Below, piece after piece: positions 31,333-40,346 of a DNA stretch of 51,112 nucleotides. A model generated the notes under the pieces. It did not search any database. It was not told the origin of the DNA and saw nothing but the letters and a program-made list of their open reading frames with translations. Source of the stretch: Actinomycetota bacterium (lineage in GTDB: Bacteria; Actinomycetota; Actinomycetes; JAKEEW01); the NCBI GenBank assembly GCA_046725875.1, contig JBKOZJ010000132.1:1-51112 (forward strand), in the 5' to 3' direction. Positions within the stretch are counted from its first letter, which is position 1; each line of letters opens with the position of its first letter. The position numbers were made by a program, and so were the translations under genes.

Positions 31333-31899
31333 TCAGTCGCCTTCCAAATTCTTGAAGGCGGCGAGGTTGGCCGTCGATTCGCCCCGGCTGCGCCGCCAGG
31401 CCCACTCTTTGCGAATCGCCGAAGCGAAGCCCATCTCGAGAATGGTGTTGAAGGCACCGTCGGCCTCGTCGAGGACCGCGCCGAGGATGCGGTCGACCGC
31501 TGTCGACGTCAGCCCGTCCAGTGGAACTCGGCCGACGAGGTAGATGTCACCGAGCCGGTCGAGGGCGAATGCGACGCCCGCCGAACGGGTGTTGCGTTCT
31601 AGCAGCCAGCGATAGACCGCCTCGCGGTTCTCGTCGGGATGCCGCGCGACGAAGGCGTTGACGGATACCGAGTGGCTGCCCACGAGGAGCGAGCAGTTCG
31701 TGCTCAGTTTCCGTACACCCGGCAGCGTCACGACGAACGTGCCCGGCGCCGGCTCCTCGAATTCGGCGTCCGAATCGACGAGCGCGCGCCGAACGAGGTC
31801 AACCGCGCCATCGCCAGGTTCCGAGGGAGACGATCCCCTTCTCGAACCCCGGGCGTCAGCTTCCGACGAGGACGACCCGCTTCTCGAACCCCCGGACAT
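31333..31899 (-). CDS. YbjN domain protein (Rv0487-like)
   Basis: LPG.RKL, FVAR.PDEN, GDIYLVGR, GFASAIRKEW.WR; directly after mshA. Confidence 0.88.
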   Translation of the reverse strand: MSGGSRSGSSSSEADARGSRRGSSPSEPGDGAVDLVRRALVDSDAEFEEPAPGTFVVTLPGVRKLSTNCSLLVGSHSVSVNAFVARHPDENREAVYRWLLERNTRSAGVAFALDRLGDIYLVGRVPLDGLTSTAVDRILGAVLDEADGAFNTILEMGFASAIRKEWAWRRSRGESTANLAAFKNLEGD

Positions 31900-33198
31900 T
31901 CACCCCACCAATTCGTCTTCTAGACCGGCGAGTCGCCGCTCCGCGATCGCTCGCTCGTACACGTCGATCATTGCGGCGGCGGATGCCGACCACCCGAACC
32001 GTACGGCATGGTCGACGGCGCCGTCGGACAGCCGCGCGCGCAAGCCGGGCTCGGCCACGATCCGCCGCAGGACATGGGCATAGTCGTCGGGATCGTGCCC
32101 GTCGATGAGGATGCCTGACCTATCGTCGGCCACCCCGGTGCGCAGCCCGCCCACCGAGGCCGCCACCACGGGAGTGGCGCAGGCCTGCGACTCGAGCGCG
32201 ACCAAGCCGAAGGACTCGCTGTAGGAAGGGACGACCGTCACCGTTGCGGCGCGATACCAGTCGGCCAGCTCCCGCTGGGGCAGCGGCGGCTCGAACCGGA
32301 CGACGTCGCCGACGCCCAAGTCGGCGGCGAGCTTCTGCAGATGCTCGGGCGTGGCCAGTCCAGACCCACTTGGACCACCCACCACGGCTACGACCAACCG
32401 GGAACGCAGCGTCGGGTCGCCCTCGAGCATCCGGGCGGCCGCACGCAGCAGCAGGTCGGGCGCCTTCAACGGCTGGATGCGTCCGACGAAGAGCAACACC
32501 ACCGCGTCCGCCCGAAGACCAAGCCGCGAGCGAGCGGCGGCCGTGCTGGCGGGCCGGAATACGTCGAGGTCGACGCCCGGGTGAACGGTGACGACCCGAG
32601 CCGGGTCGGCGTCATACAGGGTGACGAGCTCGTCGGCCTCGTCGGCCGTGTTGGCGACGAGGCGGTCGGCGACGGCGACGATCTGCGCCTCGCCAATGAC
32701 CCGCGAACCCGGCTCCGGCACGTCGTTGTCGGCCAGGAGAGCGTTCTTGACCCTCGCCATCGTGTGCATGGAATGCACCAACGGCACACCCCAGCGCTCG
32801 CTGGCGAGCCAGCCGACATGGCCCGACAGCCAGTAATGGGAGTGGACGAGATCGTAGTAGCCGGGCTCGTTCTGGGCCTCGGCGCGCAATACGCCCGATG
32901 TGAACGCGCAGAGCTGGCCCGGCAGATCCGCCTTAGCCAGCTCCTCGTAGGGACCCGCCGTGATGTGGCGGACAAGCACACCGGGGGCTATCTCGACCCG
33001 TAGTGGGAGATCGCTCCGCGTTGGCCGGGTGAAGATCTCGACCTCGATACCGGCGGCCGCCATCCGCTTTGCGATCTCGACGATGTAGACGTTCATTCCT
33101 CCGGCGTCACCGCTGCCAGGCTGGTCGAGCGGAGAAGTGTGTACAGAGAGAACGGCGATCCGCCGCGGTACATCGCGACGGACGGGCAGCACTGTCAC
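31900..33198 (-). CDS. mshA: D-inositol-3-phosphate glycosyltransferase (mycothiol biosynthesis)
   Basis: [51 protein letters not shown]. Confidence 0.97.
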   Translation of the reverse strand: MTVLPVRRDVPRRIAVLSVHTSPLDQPGSGDAGGMNVYIVEIAKRMAAAGIEVEIFTRPTRSDLPLRVEIAPGVLVRHITAGPYEELAKADLPGQLCAFTSGVLRAEAQNEPGYYDLVHSHYWLSGHVGWLASERWGVPLVHSMHTMARVKNALLADNDVPEPGSRVIGEAQIVAVADRLVANTADEADELVTLYDADPARVVTVHPGVDLDVFRPASTAAARSRLGLRADAVVLLFVGRIQPLKAPDLLLRAAARMLEGDPTLRSRLVVAVVGGPSGSGLATPEHLQKLAADLGVGDVVRFEPPLPQRELADWYRAATVTVVPSYSESFGLVALESQACATPVVAASVGGLRTGVADDRSGILIDGHDPDDYAHVLRRIVAEPGLRARLSDGAVDHAVRFGWSASAAAMIDVYERAIAERRLAGLEDELVG

Positions 33199-33295
33199 TC
33201 GAGCACCTCCACGTGGCCCTAGCCACACTCCCCGCGTCAGTCCGTGCAAACCCCCACAGATCTTTCGGAATTCCCGCTATGGCACGATCCGGTCT

Positions 33296-34078
33296 GTGAC
33301 GGGCCACACAGCGCCGCCCGCGCCTAGCTCACCTCAGGTCGCGGTCGTAACCGGCGCGAGCAGCGGTATCGGGGCGGCGACGGCCCGCCGGCTCGCCCAG
33401 GATGGGTTTTCGGTGGTCATCGGCGCCCGGCGAATCGACCGGCTCAGAAGCCTAGCGGTGGAGATCGGTGGCACGGCAATCCCGCTCGATGTCACCTCAG
33501 ACTCCTCGGTCGCGGAGTTCGCCGCAGCGGTACCTCAATGCGCGATCCTGGTCAACAACGCCGGTGCCGCCTTCGGCCTCGACCCGGTCGGGTCCGCGAA
33601 CATCGAAGACTGGCGCGCCATGTATGACGTGAACGTGCTCGGCACGGTCCGGATGACTCGCGCGCTGCTGCCAAAACTGCTGGCGAGCGGTGCCGGACAC
33701 ATTGTTGCGATGGGTTCGATCGCGGGACGAGTTGTGTACGAGGGCGGCGGCGGCTACACGGCCGCTAAGCACGCAGTCGCTGCCGTCGCCGCGACATTGC
33801 GGCTGGAGCTGGTCGGCCAACCGGTACGGGTCACCGAGATCGCGCCCGGGATGGTGAAGACCGAGGAGTTCGCGCTCACCCGGTTCGGCGGCGATGCCGA
33901 GCGGGCGGCGGCGGTCTACGCCGGTGTCGACGCGCCGCTCACCGCCGAGGACATCGCCGACTGCGTGTCCTGGTGCATCACCCGTCCCCCACACGTGAAC
34001 GTAGACCTGCTCGTGGTCAAGCCGCTTGCTCAAGCGGCGCCGTATAAGGTCCACCGGGCCCATGTCAGCGACGGCTGA
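33296..34078 (+). CDS. SDR oxidoreductase (YdfG-like)
   Basis: TGASSGIG, NNAG, YTAAK. Confidence 0.93.
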   Translation: MTGHTAPPAPSSPQVAVVTGASSGIGAATARRLAQDGFSVVIGARRIDRLRSLAVEIGGTAIPLDVTSDSSVAEFAAAVPQCAILVNNAGAAFGLDPVGSANIEDWRAMYDVNVLGTVRMTRALLPKLLASGAGHIVAMGSIAGRVVYEGGGGYTAAKHAVAAVAATLRLELVGQPVRVTEIAPGMVKTEEFALTRFGGDAERAAAVYAGVDAPLTAEDIADCVSWCITRPPHVNVDLLVVKPLAQAAPYKVHRAHVSDG

Positions 34079-34171
34079 TGTGCCTCCCATCCTGGCTGGC
34101 ACTTGTCTCGAACAGACGCGGCGGAGCGGGTTGTCGGCAGCCGCCTAGGTGCGGCGTACTCCGGGAAGTAG

Positions 34172-34825
34172 GTGTCCACGGAGAGTATCGGAGCCGGCGA
34201 TGTCATCGTCCGGGTTTTGCTGGCGCTGGTGCCCGCGGCGGTCATCGGCATCGATCGGGAGGTATCGCAGCAGCCCGCCGGCCTCCGCACCCACGTGCTC
34301 GTTTCACTCGGGGCGTGTCTGTTCACGCTCGCCGGGATCGGTCTGGCCAACAGTGATCCAACGCGAATCGCGGCGCAGGTGGCAAGCGGCATCGGCTTTC
34401 TAGGCGCCGGCGCGATCATTCAGGACCGGCTCCGGATCAAGGGCCTGACGACGGCGGCATCGCTTTGGGTCACCGCCGCGATCGGCGTGGCCGCAGGCCT
34501 CGGTGCGTACGAGGCGGCCGGCATCACGGCAGGCATCGCCCTGCTGGTTTTGCTTCCGCTCAAGTGGGTGGAGGATGAAATCTTCCCCGTACGGCCGTCC
34601 TTTGGCTTCACCATCCGCGTCGAGCCTGGCCTCGGTCTCGAGGATGTAGTCCACCGTCTCGCGAGTGTCCTTGGCGACGTGACAATCCGTCGGGTAGAGC
34701 CGACCCCCGACGGAGGAAGCGTGTTGTACGGGGAACACGCGCGGGCCGAGGGCGACGTCGTCGAGACCACCCAGAGGTTGCGGTCCGTGCCCGGTGTCGG
34801 GTCGGTCGACCTCGAGAGGATCTGA
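34172..34825 (+). CDS. MgtC/SapB family membrane protein
   Basis: AGLRTH, DPTRIAAQVASGIGFLGAG, GLTTAA.LW. Confidence 0.93.
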   Translation: MSTESIGAGDVIVRVLLALVPAAVIGIDREVSQQPAGLRTHVLVSLGACLFTLAGIGLANSDPTRIAAQVASGIGFLGAGAIIQDRLRIKGLTTAASLWVTAAIGVAAGLGAYEAAGITAGIALLVLLPLKWVEDEIFPVRPSFGFTIRVEPGLGLEDVVHRLASVLGDVTIRRVEPTPDGGSVLYGEHARAEGDVVETTQRLRSVPGVGSVDLERI

Positions 34826-34921
34826 ACGAGCGAAACCGGCGGATTGTGCTCGGTTGGTCATCCGCGCACGACCGCCGTGAACACATCAGGCGAGCGGTCC
34901 GCTTGCCGGGCTGATGAGTTC

Positions 34922-35440
34922 TTACTGGTTGCCCGCCGCCAGTGCGGCGGCGAATGCGTCGTAGATGGGCTGGTTGAAAAGGACGAACCGCACTTCGCCC
35001 ACCACTGTCTCGGTGGCCTTCACGGTCTCTACCGCGATCCGGGCCGCGTCGTCGAGTGGCCAACCGTAGATGCCGGCCGACACGGCCGGGAACGCGACGA
35101 TTCGAGCACCCAGCGTATCGGCGGCGCGGAGCGCCTCCCGGTATGCGCTGGCGAGTTGGCCGGAGCGGTCCTCCGACTTCGCATAAACCGGACCGACCGT
35201 ATGGATCACCCACCGAGCCGGCAGGTCGCCGGCCGTCGTCGCCACCGCCTGACCCTTGGGCAGGCCTGCTGGATACCTCGTGGATCGCAGCTCCTGGCAG
35301 GCGGCAAGGATTGCCGGCCCACCGCGCCGATGGATGGCGCCGTCCACCCCGCCGCCGCCGAGCAGACTGGAGTTTGCCGCGTTGACTATCGCGTCCACCT
35401 CTTGCTCGGTGATGTCACCGAGGACCAGATTGATCTCCAT
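34922..35440 (-). CDS. Macro-domain O-acetyl-ADP-ribose deacetylase (YmdB-like)
   Basis: GDIT, VNAANSSLLGGGGVDGAIH, HTVGP, FPAVSAGIYG. Confidence 0.94.
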   Translation of the reverse strand: MEINLVLGDITEQEVDAIVNAANSSLLGGGGVDGAIHRRGGPAILAACQELRSTRYPAGLPKGQAVATTAGDLPARWVIHTVGPVYAKSEDRSGQLASAYREALRAADTLGARIVAFPAVSAGIYGWPLDDAARIAVETVKATETVVGEVRFVLFNQPIYDAFAAALAAGNQ

Positions 35441-35505
35441 TGGGCCACCTCCCTGCCGCGGTGGCGCTGCTGGACACGGCCACGGAGCCAGCGTGGCGGG
35501 ACGCC

Positions 35506-36234
35506 TCAGTCGACGACGCGGATCCGGACGCGGCGGAAGCCCTTGCCCTTGTTCTCGATCTTGGCGATCTCGATCCCACCGATCTGCCGGGTCGAGCGAA
35601 CATGTGTACCACCATCTGCCTGGGTGTCGAGGCCGACAATGTCGACAATTCGTACCACCTCGATGCCAGGCGGCAACAGGTTGGTCGCGGTCCGGATAAT
35701 GTCTGGGATCTTGAACGCCTCTTCGCGCGGCAGGTTCTCCACCCGGATCGCGCGGTCGGCGGCGACCTCCCTCGCGCATGCCTCGGCCACATGCTCCTTG
35801 AAGCCGGCGGGCACCTCCGGCAGGTTGAAGTCCATCCGTGCCTCGAGCGGCTCCATGTTGCCGCCGGTCACCAGCGCCCCGAAGTCGCGGAAGACCACTC
35901 CACCGAGCAGGTGGAGCGCCGAGTGCGTGCGCATGAGGGCGCTGCGCCGGTCGTCCTCGACGGCCCCGCGAACGCCCGTGCCGGCCGGCGGGAGCGGATC
36001 ACCCTCGCGCGGGATCAGGTAGAGATCGTCGCCCTTCCGTACGCCATCGATCCTGGTCTGCACCCCGCCCCAGAGCAGAACGCCGTGGTCCGGCGGTTGT
36101 CCACCCCCGCCCGGATAGAACGCCGACCGGTCGAGGACGATGCCCTCGGGCGAGGCGTCGAGAACCGTGGCATCCCACTCGCGCAAGGTCTCGTCGGCGA
36201 GCTCGAGCCGGTGTGTCCGCCCGTGCCTGTCCAT
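35506..36234 (-). CDS. Alanyl-tRNA editing protein (AlaX-like)
   Basis: FYPGGGGQP.D, HSALH, ARMDF, DGGTHV, NKGK..RR. Confidence 0.92.
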   Translation of the reverse strand: MDRHGRTHRLELADETLREWDATVLDASPEGIVLDRSAFYPGGGGQPPDHGVLLWGGVQTRIDGVRKGDDLYLIPREGDPLPPAGTGVRGAVEDDRRSALMRTHSALHLLGGVVFRDFGALVTGGNMEPLEARMDFNLPEVPAGFKEHVAEACAREVAADRAIRVENLPREEAFKIPDIIRTATNLLPPGIEVVRIVDIVGLDTQADGGTHVRSTRQIGGIEIAKIENKGKGFRRVRIRVVD

Positions 36235-36317
36235 GTCCCCTCCGGTCGATCTCTCCGATTCCGGTGCGGGCGTCGTTTCGCGCTACGTGTACGAGACGTA
36301 GCCGGTCGCGGTGGCTC

Positions 36318-36635
36318 CTACCAGGGTCCGTATGGCCCCTCGCTGCGCCCACCCCGGCCGAGGGACCGAACCGCCGGGCGCACATCGACGAGGTAGACGA
36401 TGACGGCGATGATCCCGATGATGCCGATGATGCCGAGAAAGGCTCGCGACCAGAAGAAGAGCTGCCAGGCGGTGGCCACGCCAAGGATGATCAGCCAGAA
36501 CTGCTTGGTCTGCTTGTCGGCGGCCGGGAATGCCTGAGCCGGCCGGACCGCGGCGTCTGCGAGCGCGAACACATGCAGACAGAGCACAGCCAGCCCGATC
36601 AGGTCGAACAGGCTGTTCAGACCACCGAGCAACAT
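36318..36635 (-). CDS. DUF2516 family membrane protein
   Basis: AFPAADKQTK.FW, VYLVDVRP. Confidence 0.88.
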   Translation of the reverse strand: MLLGGLNSLFDLIGLAVLCLHVFALADAAVRPAQAFPAADKQTKQFWLIILGVATAWQLFFWSRAFLGIIGIIGIIAVIVYLVDVRPAVRSLGRGGRSEGPYGPW

Positions 36636-36902
36636 GCCCGGCCCCTTTCGCTTCGATATCGACTGTCCTGCACCCTAGTGTCCCTCGCCACAAATTCGCC
36701 GCATATCTCCGCGGCCAGACGGCGCCTCGCCGCGTTCTCGTCGTCGCCGTTAGCGCTGCTAGCGGCCTCCTCCTCGGCCTTGCGATGCATCCACCTGGGC
36801 ACGAATCTAAGCACCGAATTTCTGGCTCGGCACACTAGCTCACGGCCGGACGGGCTGGTCGAATTGCCGCCACTTCGGACTTGCCGTTCGCAGACTGAAC
36901 GC

Positions 36903-36939
36903 ACGAGCGGGGCGCTCCGATCCTGGGCGCCCCGCTCGT
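36903..36939 (-). terminator. Strong hairpin after the HbhA-like gene
   Basis: ACGAGCGGGGCGC/GCGCCCCGCTCGT 13-bp perfect stem. Confidence 0.7.
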
Positions 36940-36961
36940 CCGCGGTTGTGGGGGTTGCTTG

Positions 36962-37663
36962 CTACTTGTCACGGGCCGGGGTGGCAGGCGGCCCGTTCGC
37001 CGCTGTCTTCTTGGTGACCGCCTTCTTGGCTGTGGTCTTCCTCGCGGCCGTCGGGCCATCCCCCGCCTTGCTGGCTGAGGTCGTCGTCCCGGCCACATTC
37101 TTGGCCGGCGCCTTCCTTGTCGGCTCGTTGCTCGGAGGGGCGGTCTCGACCGGCGTCACCACGGGCGGCGTCACGGCCGTCGCGACCTCGACCGCGGCCG
37201 GGGCGATCGGCTCGACGGCCGCGAGGTCTGCGTGGCGTGCGCCGTTGGCCGCCCGCTGCCGGGCGATCAGGATGCGGCCGCGCTCGGTGAGCTCCGCGTA
37301 GGTCTGGACCGCCTTACCGGTGAGCTGGAGCGCAAGATCCTGGGCTCGTTCGGGAAGCTGCCTGGCCGCCCCCTGGGCACGCTCCGGCACCTGCTTGGCG
37401 GCCTCTTGAGCGGCCCTGGGGTCGGCCCGCAATGCGGCGATCTTGCTCGGCACCTCGGCGACCCTGGCCTGCGCCCGCCGCTGGGCCTTGGCTAGGCGCT
37501 CCGGAACTTCGGCGACCCTGGCCTGGAAGTCGACGTTCGCGAGCCGCGCCTGCGCGGCACGCAGCTTCTCGGCGGCAACGCCGCCGAAGCCAGCGACGAG
37601 CTGAACGGCCGAACTGCCAGCGATCTTGTCGAGATTCTGCCTAACCTCATTCTTGATCGACAT
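36962..37663 (-). CDS. Coiled-coil protein at the hbhA position, Lys/Ala/Thr-rich tail
   Basis: Repeats QARVAEVP and Q(V/L)PERAQ, Y.EL.ERG, KKTTAKK-like tail; between the XRE regulator and DUF2516. Confidence 0.72.
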   Translation of the reverse strand: MSIKNEVRQNLDKIAGSSAVQLVAGFGGVAAEKLRAAQARLANVDFQARVAEVPERLAKAQRRAQARVAEVPSKIAALRADPRAAQEAAKQVPERAQGAARQLPERAQDLALQLTGKAVQTYAELTERGRILIARQRAANGARHADLAAVEPIAPAAVEVATAVTPPVVTPVETAPPSNEPTRKAPAKNVAGTTTSASKAGDGPTAARKTTAKKAVTKKTAANGPPATPARDK

Positions 37664-38198
37664 GTTCTTCCTTTCGTGGCGAATTGGAGGTGGTCTGCTC
37701 CGGGGAGGGGGGCACGAGCCCGAGTGGGAGACCCTCCAGAAGTCCGGGCGATTCGTGCGCAGGGAAAGCTCCCGAGATCCCCTGCGATGGGCTGGCGGAC
37801 TGTTCCAAGGGTTCGCCCGGCTCCCGGCCGTCCGGATGTCCCGGGCGGCCTTGGGCGGTGGCGTTCTCGCTGCGGAACGCCTCATAGATGTCGATGAGCA
37901 CCTGCCTTTGGCGTTCGTTGATCGAACCATCGGCAAGAATGGCCGAGGTGACCTCGAGACCGCCGTCGCGCTCGTCGAGGATGCCTGCGCGCACGTACAG
38001 GGTTTCCGCCGAGATCCGCAGCCCCTTGGCGATCTGCTGCAGGATCTCGGCCGACGGCCGGCGCAGCCCGCGCTCGATCTGACTGAGATACGGGTTGGAG
38101 ACGCCCGCGGCCTCGGCGAGTTGCCGTAGCGAGAGCTGGGCGTTGCGCCGCTGTTCCCGCAGGTAGTCGCCGAGCGACCCCACCTTGAACGAAGCCAT
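37647..38198 (-). CDS. XRE-family HTH regulator (Rv0474-like)
   Basis: SLRQLAE.AGVSNPYLSQIERGLR.PSAEIL. Confidence 0.92.
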   Translation of the reverse strand: MASFKVGSLGDYLREQRRNAQLSLRQLAEAAGVSNPYLSQIERGLRRPSAEILQQIAKGLRISAETLYVRAGILDERDGGLEVTSAILADGSINERQRQVLIDIYEAFRSENATAQGRPGHPDGREPGEPLEQSASPSQGISGAFPAHESPGLLEGLPLGLVPPSPEQTTSNSPRKEEHVDQE

Positions 38199-38220
38199 GG
38201 GGACAAGTCTGCCCAATGGC

Positions 38221-38250
38221 GCTAACAACTGCAAGCGAACGCTTGCTAAC
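38221..38250. promoter_or_regulatory. Palindromic candidate operator of the XRE regulator
   Basis: GCAAGCG-AA-CGCTTGC palindrome (38231-38246), with GCTAAC at 38221 and 38245. Confidence 0.5.
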
Positions 38251-38410
38251 CCGCTAGCGGCAGCTCGCCGGACCGCTCAGCACCAGCCGGCAACAGGTCA
38301 CCAACGCCGTGCTCGGAGCCCCGATCAAGATCCACAGGACGCACCCTAGCGGAGCGCGCGTCCGGCCGATTTCCGGAAGACCGGCTAGTCGTCGGCCAGG
38401 CGGCTCATCC

Positions 38411-38842
38411 TCACCACTCCGGTCGGAAGCCGCTGCGCTGCAGGAACTCCAGCCGGTTTCCCAGGTTGTCAAAGGCATAGAACCGGCGGTGGCCAGGGAA
38501 GTTGTCGTCCCAGGTCACTTCGACGCCGTTGTCGGTCAGTCGTTTGGTCAGCCCGTCCAGGTCTTCGACCCGGACGCCGGGGTGCGCCTGGCGCGCCGGG
38601 CGGAAGTCCTCCTCAACGCCCAAGTGGATCTCCAGTGCGTCGGCGCCCACCCACATCCCGCCGCGCGGTGCCAGCACCGGCGGATTCTTGATCTCGGTCA
38701 TGCCGAGGACATCCACGTAGAACGCACGGCACGCGTCTTCGCTACCGGGCGGGATGGCGATCTGCACGTGGTGTAGGCCGTAGCCAAACGGCGACTCGTG
38801 ATCCGGGCCGTAGCCCTGCCGCGAAATCTCGTTCTCACTCAT
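38411..38842 (-). CDS. VOC/glyoxalase family protein
   Basis: LHHVQIAIP, RAFY..VLG, IHLG, DNLGNRLE. Confidence 0.9.
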   Translation of the reverse strand: MSENEISRQGYGPDHESPFGYGLHHVQIAIPPGSEDACRAFYVDVLGMTEIKNPPVLAPRGGMWVGADALEIHLGVEEDFRPARQAHPGVRVEDLDGLTKRLTDNGVEVTWDDNFPGHRRFYAFDNLGNRLEFLQRSGFRPEW

Positions 38843-38973
38843 GGTGCACACTCAAGGCTGGCCATCGGCGTCGGCGAATCGCTAACGGACTCCACCATGC
38901 CAGTGTTCGTCCGAGCGGCACGTCGGCTCGAGCTCAACGCCGATCATTATGCCCTTCCGCCGAAACTACCTAC

Positions 38974-39023
38974 GAACGCGCCGTTCATTCGCGCCGGGTT
39001 CGAGTGAATGTGCCGTTCATTCG
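38974..39023. repeat. REP-like palindrome overlapping the 3' end of the APC permease
   Basis: GCCGTTCATTCG...CGAGTGAATGTGCCGTTCATTCG; same arms as at 21238. Confidence 0.75.
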
Positions 39024-40259
39024 AATGGCGCGGGTCAGCATCAGGCCGGCCAGGCCGGCGCTGGCTGCCCCGACGATCACAATCGGCAGGCTACCTGCGA
39101 GGGCGAGACAGCCGATCAGGCCGGCGAGGCCGAGCCACCGCGGCCAGCGCCGTTCGCCCAACCCGAGCCTCAGCGATGCCAAGTTGGCAACCGCGTAGTA
39201 GACGAGCACGGTAAACGCGCTGACCGAAACCGCACCCACCAAGCCGCCGGTTGCGATCACGGCGAGCACGGCTGCGCCCGTGACCAGCGTCGCGACATGA
39301 GGAACGGACCACCGGCGGTGAACCTTGGCAAGCTGCCGAGGAAGATCACCCTGCGCCGCCATGGCAAACGCGGTCCGGGCGATCCCGGCCACCAGCGAGA
39401 GCAGAACCGCGCCGGCTGCCACGGCCCCGCCAAGTTGCACAACCCAGCTCAGGCTGGATTCGCCGGTGGCGACGACCACATCGCGAAGCGGCGCCCGCGA
39501 TCTGGCCAGACGATCCGGCCCAAGTCCATACAACGCCGATACGGCGACCGCAAGGTAGACGACGAGGACGATGCCAAGTGCCAGGAGTATCGCCCGCGGG
39601 ATCGTTCGCGCAGGGTCACGGACCTCTTCCCCCAGCGTCGCGATCCTGGCGTAACCCGCGAATGCGAAGAAAAGCAGCGCCGCCGCGGACAGCACACCCC
39701 CGGGCGTCGGCACGGCGCAACCAGTGCATGGCTCCGCAGTTGGGGACGACGAACCGCCGACGAGCCCGACGACAACGACGAGCGTGAGTACGCCGATCAG
39801 AACGATCACGAGCAGCCATGTGGTCCCTACCGTTCGGACCACTCCACGCGCATCGATCAGCGTCGCGGCGATGGCGGCGCCGGCAGCGACCCATCCGCGG
39901 TGCTCCGGCCATGCATAGGTGCCTACCGCGAGCGCCGCCGCACCGGCCGAGGCGATCTTCCCGACCAGGAATGCATAGCCGGCGACCGCGCCCCAAGCCG
40001 GCCCAAGGCGATGGCGGCCGTAGGCGTAGGCGCCACCCGACTCCGGGTGCACCGCCGCGAGCTGTGCCGTCGAGGTCGCGTTGGCATAGGCAACGAACGC
40101 GGCGATCACCAGCGACAGAAGCAGCCACCAGCCGGCCCGCTCGGCCGCCGGCGCGAAAACCACGAAGACACCCGTCCCCAGCATTGCGCCGAGGCCGATG
40201 ACCACCGCATCGGCAACGCCAAGCCGCCGGACCAGCCTGCTGTCCGGCTCAGCGCTCAT
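38985..40259 (-). CDS. APC family amino acid permease
   Basis: GAMLGTGVF, PESGGAY, FFAFAGY, LGEEVRDP..IPRA. Confidence 0.93.
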   Translation of the reverse strand: MSAEPDSRLVRRLGVADAVVIGLGAMLGTGVFVVFAPAAERAGWWLLLSLVIAAFVAYANATSTAQLAAVHPESGGAYAYGRHRLGPAWGAVAGYAFLVGKIASAGAAALAVGTYAWPEHRGWVAAGAAIAATLIDARGVVRTVGTTWLLVIVLIGVLTLVVVVGLVGGSSSPTAEPCTGCAVPTPGGVLSAAALLFFAFAGYARIATLGEEVRDPARTIPRAILLALGIVLVVYLAVAVSALYGLGPDRLARSRAPLRDVVVATGESSLSWVVQLGGAVAAGAVLLSLVAGIARTAFAMAAQGDLPRQLAKVHRRWSVPHVATLVTGAAVLAVIATGGLVGAVSVSAFTVLVYYAVANLASLRLGLGERRWPRWLGLAGLIGCLALAGSLPIVIVGAASAGLAGLMLTRAIRMNGTFTRTRRE

Positions 40260-40346
40260 GGTCAACGGTTAGCTGGGACCAGGCACTGCGCCGAGACCAT
40301 GATCGATCGCCGGCCCGGCCGTCCGGTGCCGATAGCTGCATGCGAT

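Noticed and set aside
31055..31405. 116-aa minus-strand ORF downstream of the YbjN gene
   Set aside because: It overlaps YbjN, runs into the inverted repeat and has no recognisable domain
35441..35779. 113-aa N-terminal extension on the macro-domain protein
   Set aside because: It overlaps the AlaX gene in another frame; the real start is ATG35440 after GGAGG
34172..36234. MgtC, macro domain and AlaX as an anti-phage or toxin-antitoxin system
   Set aside because: No ADP-ribosyltransferase, sirtuin or nuclease partner; mgtC is convergent; all are common housekeeping families with host-like composition
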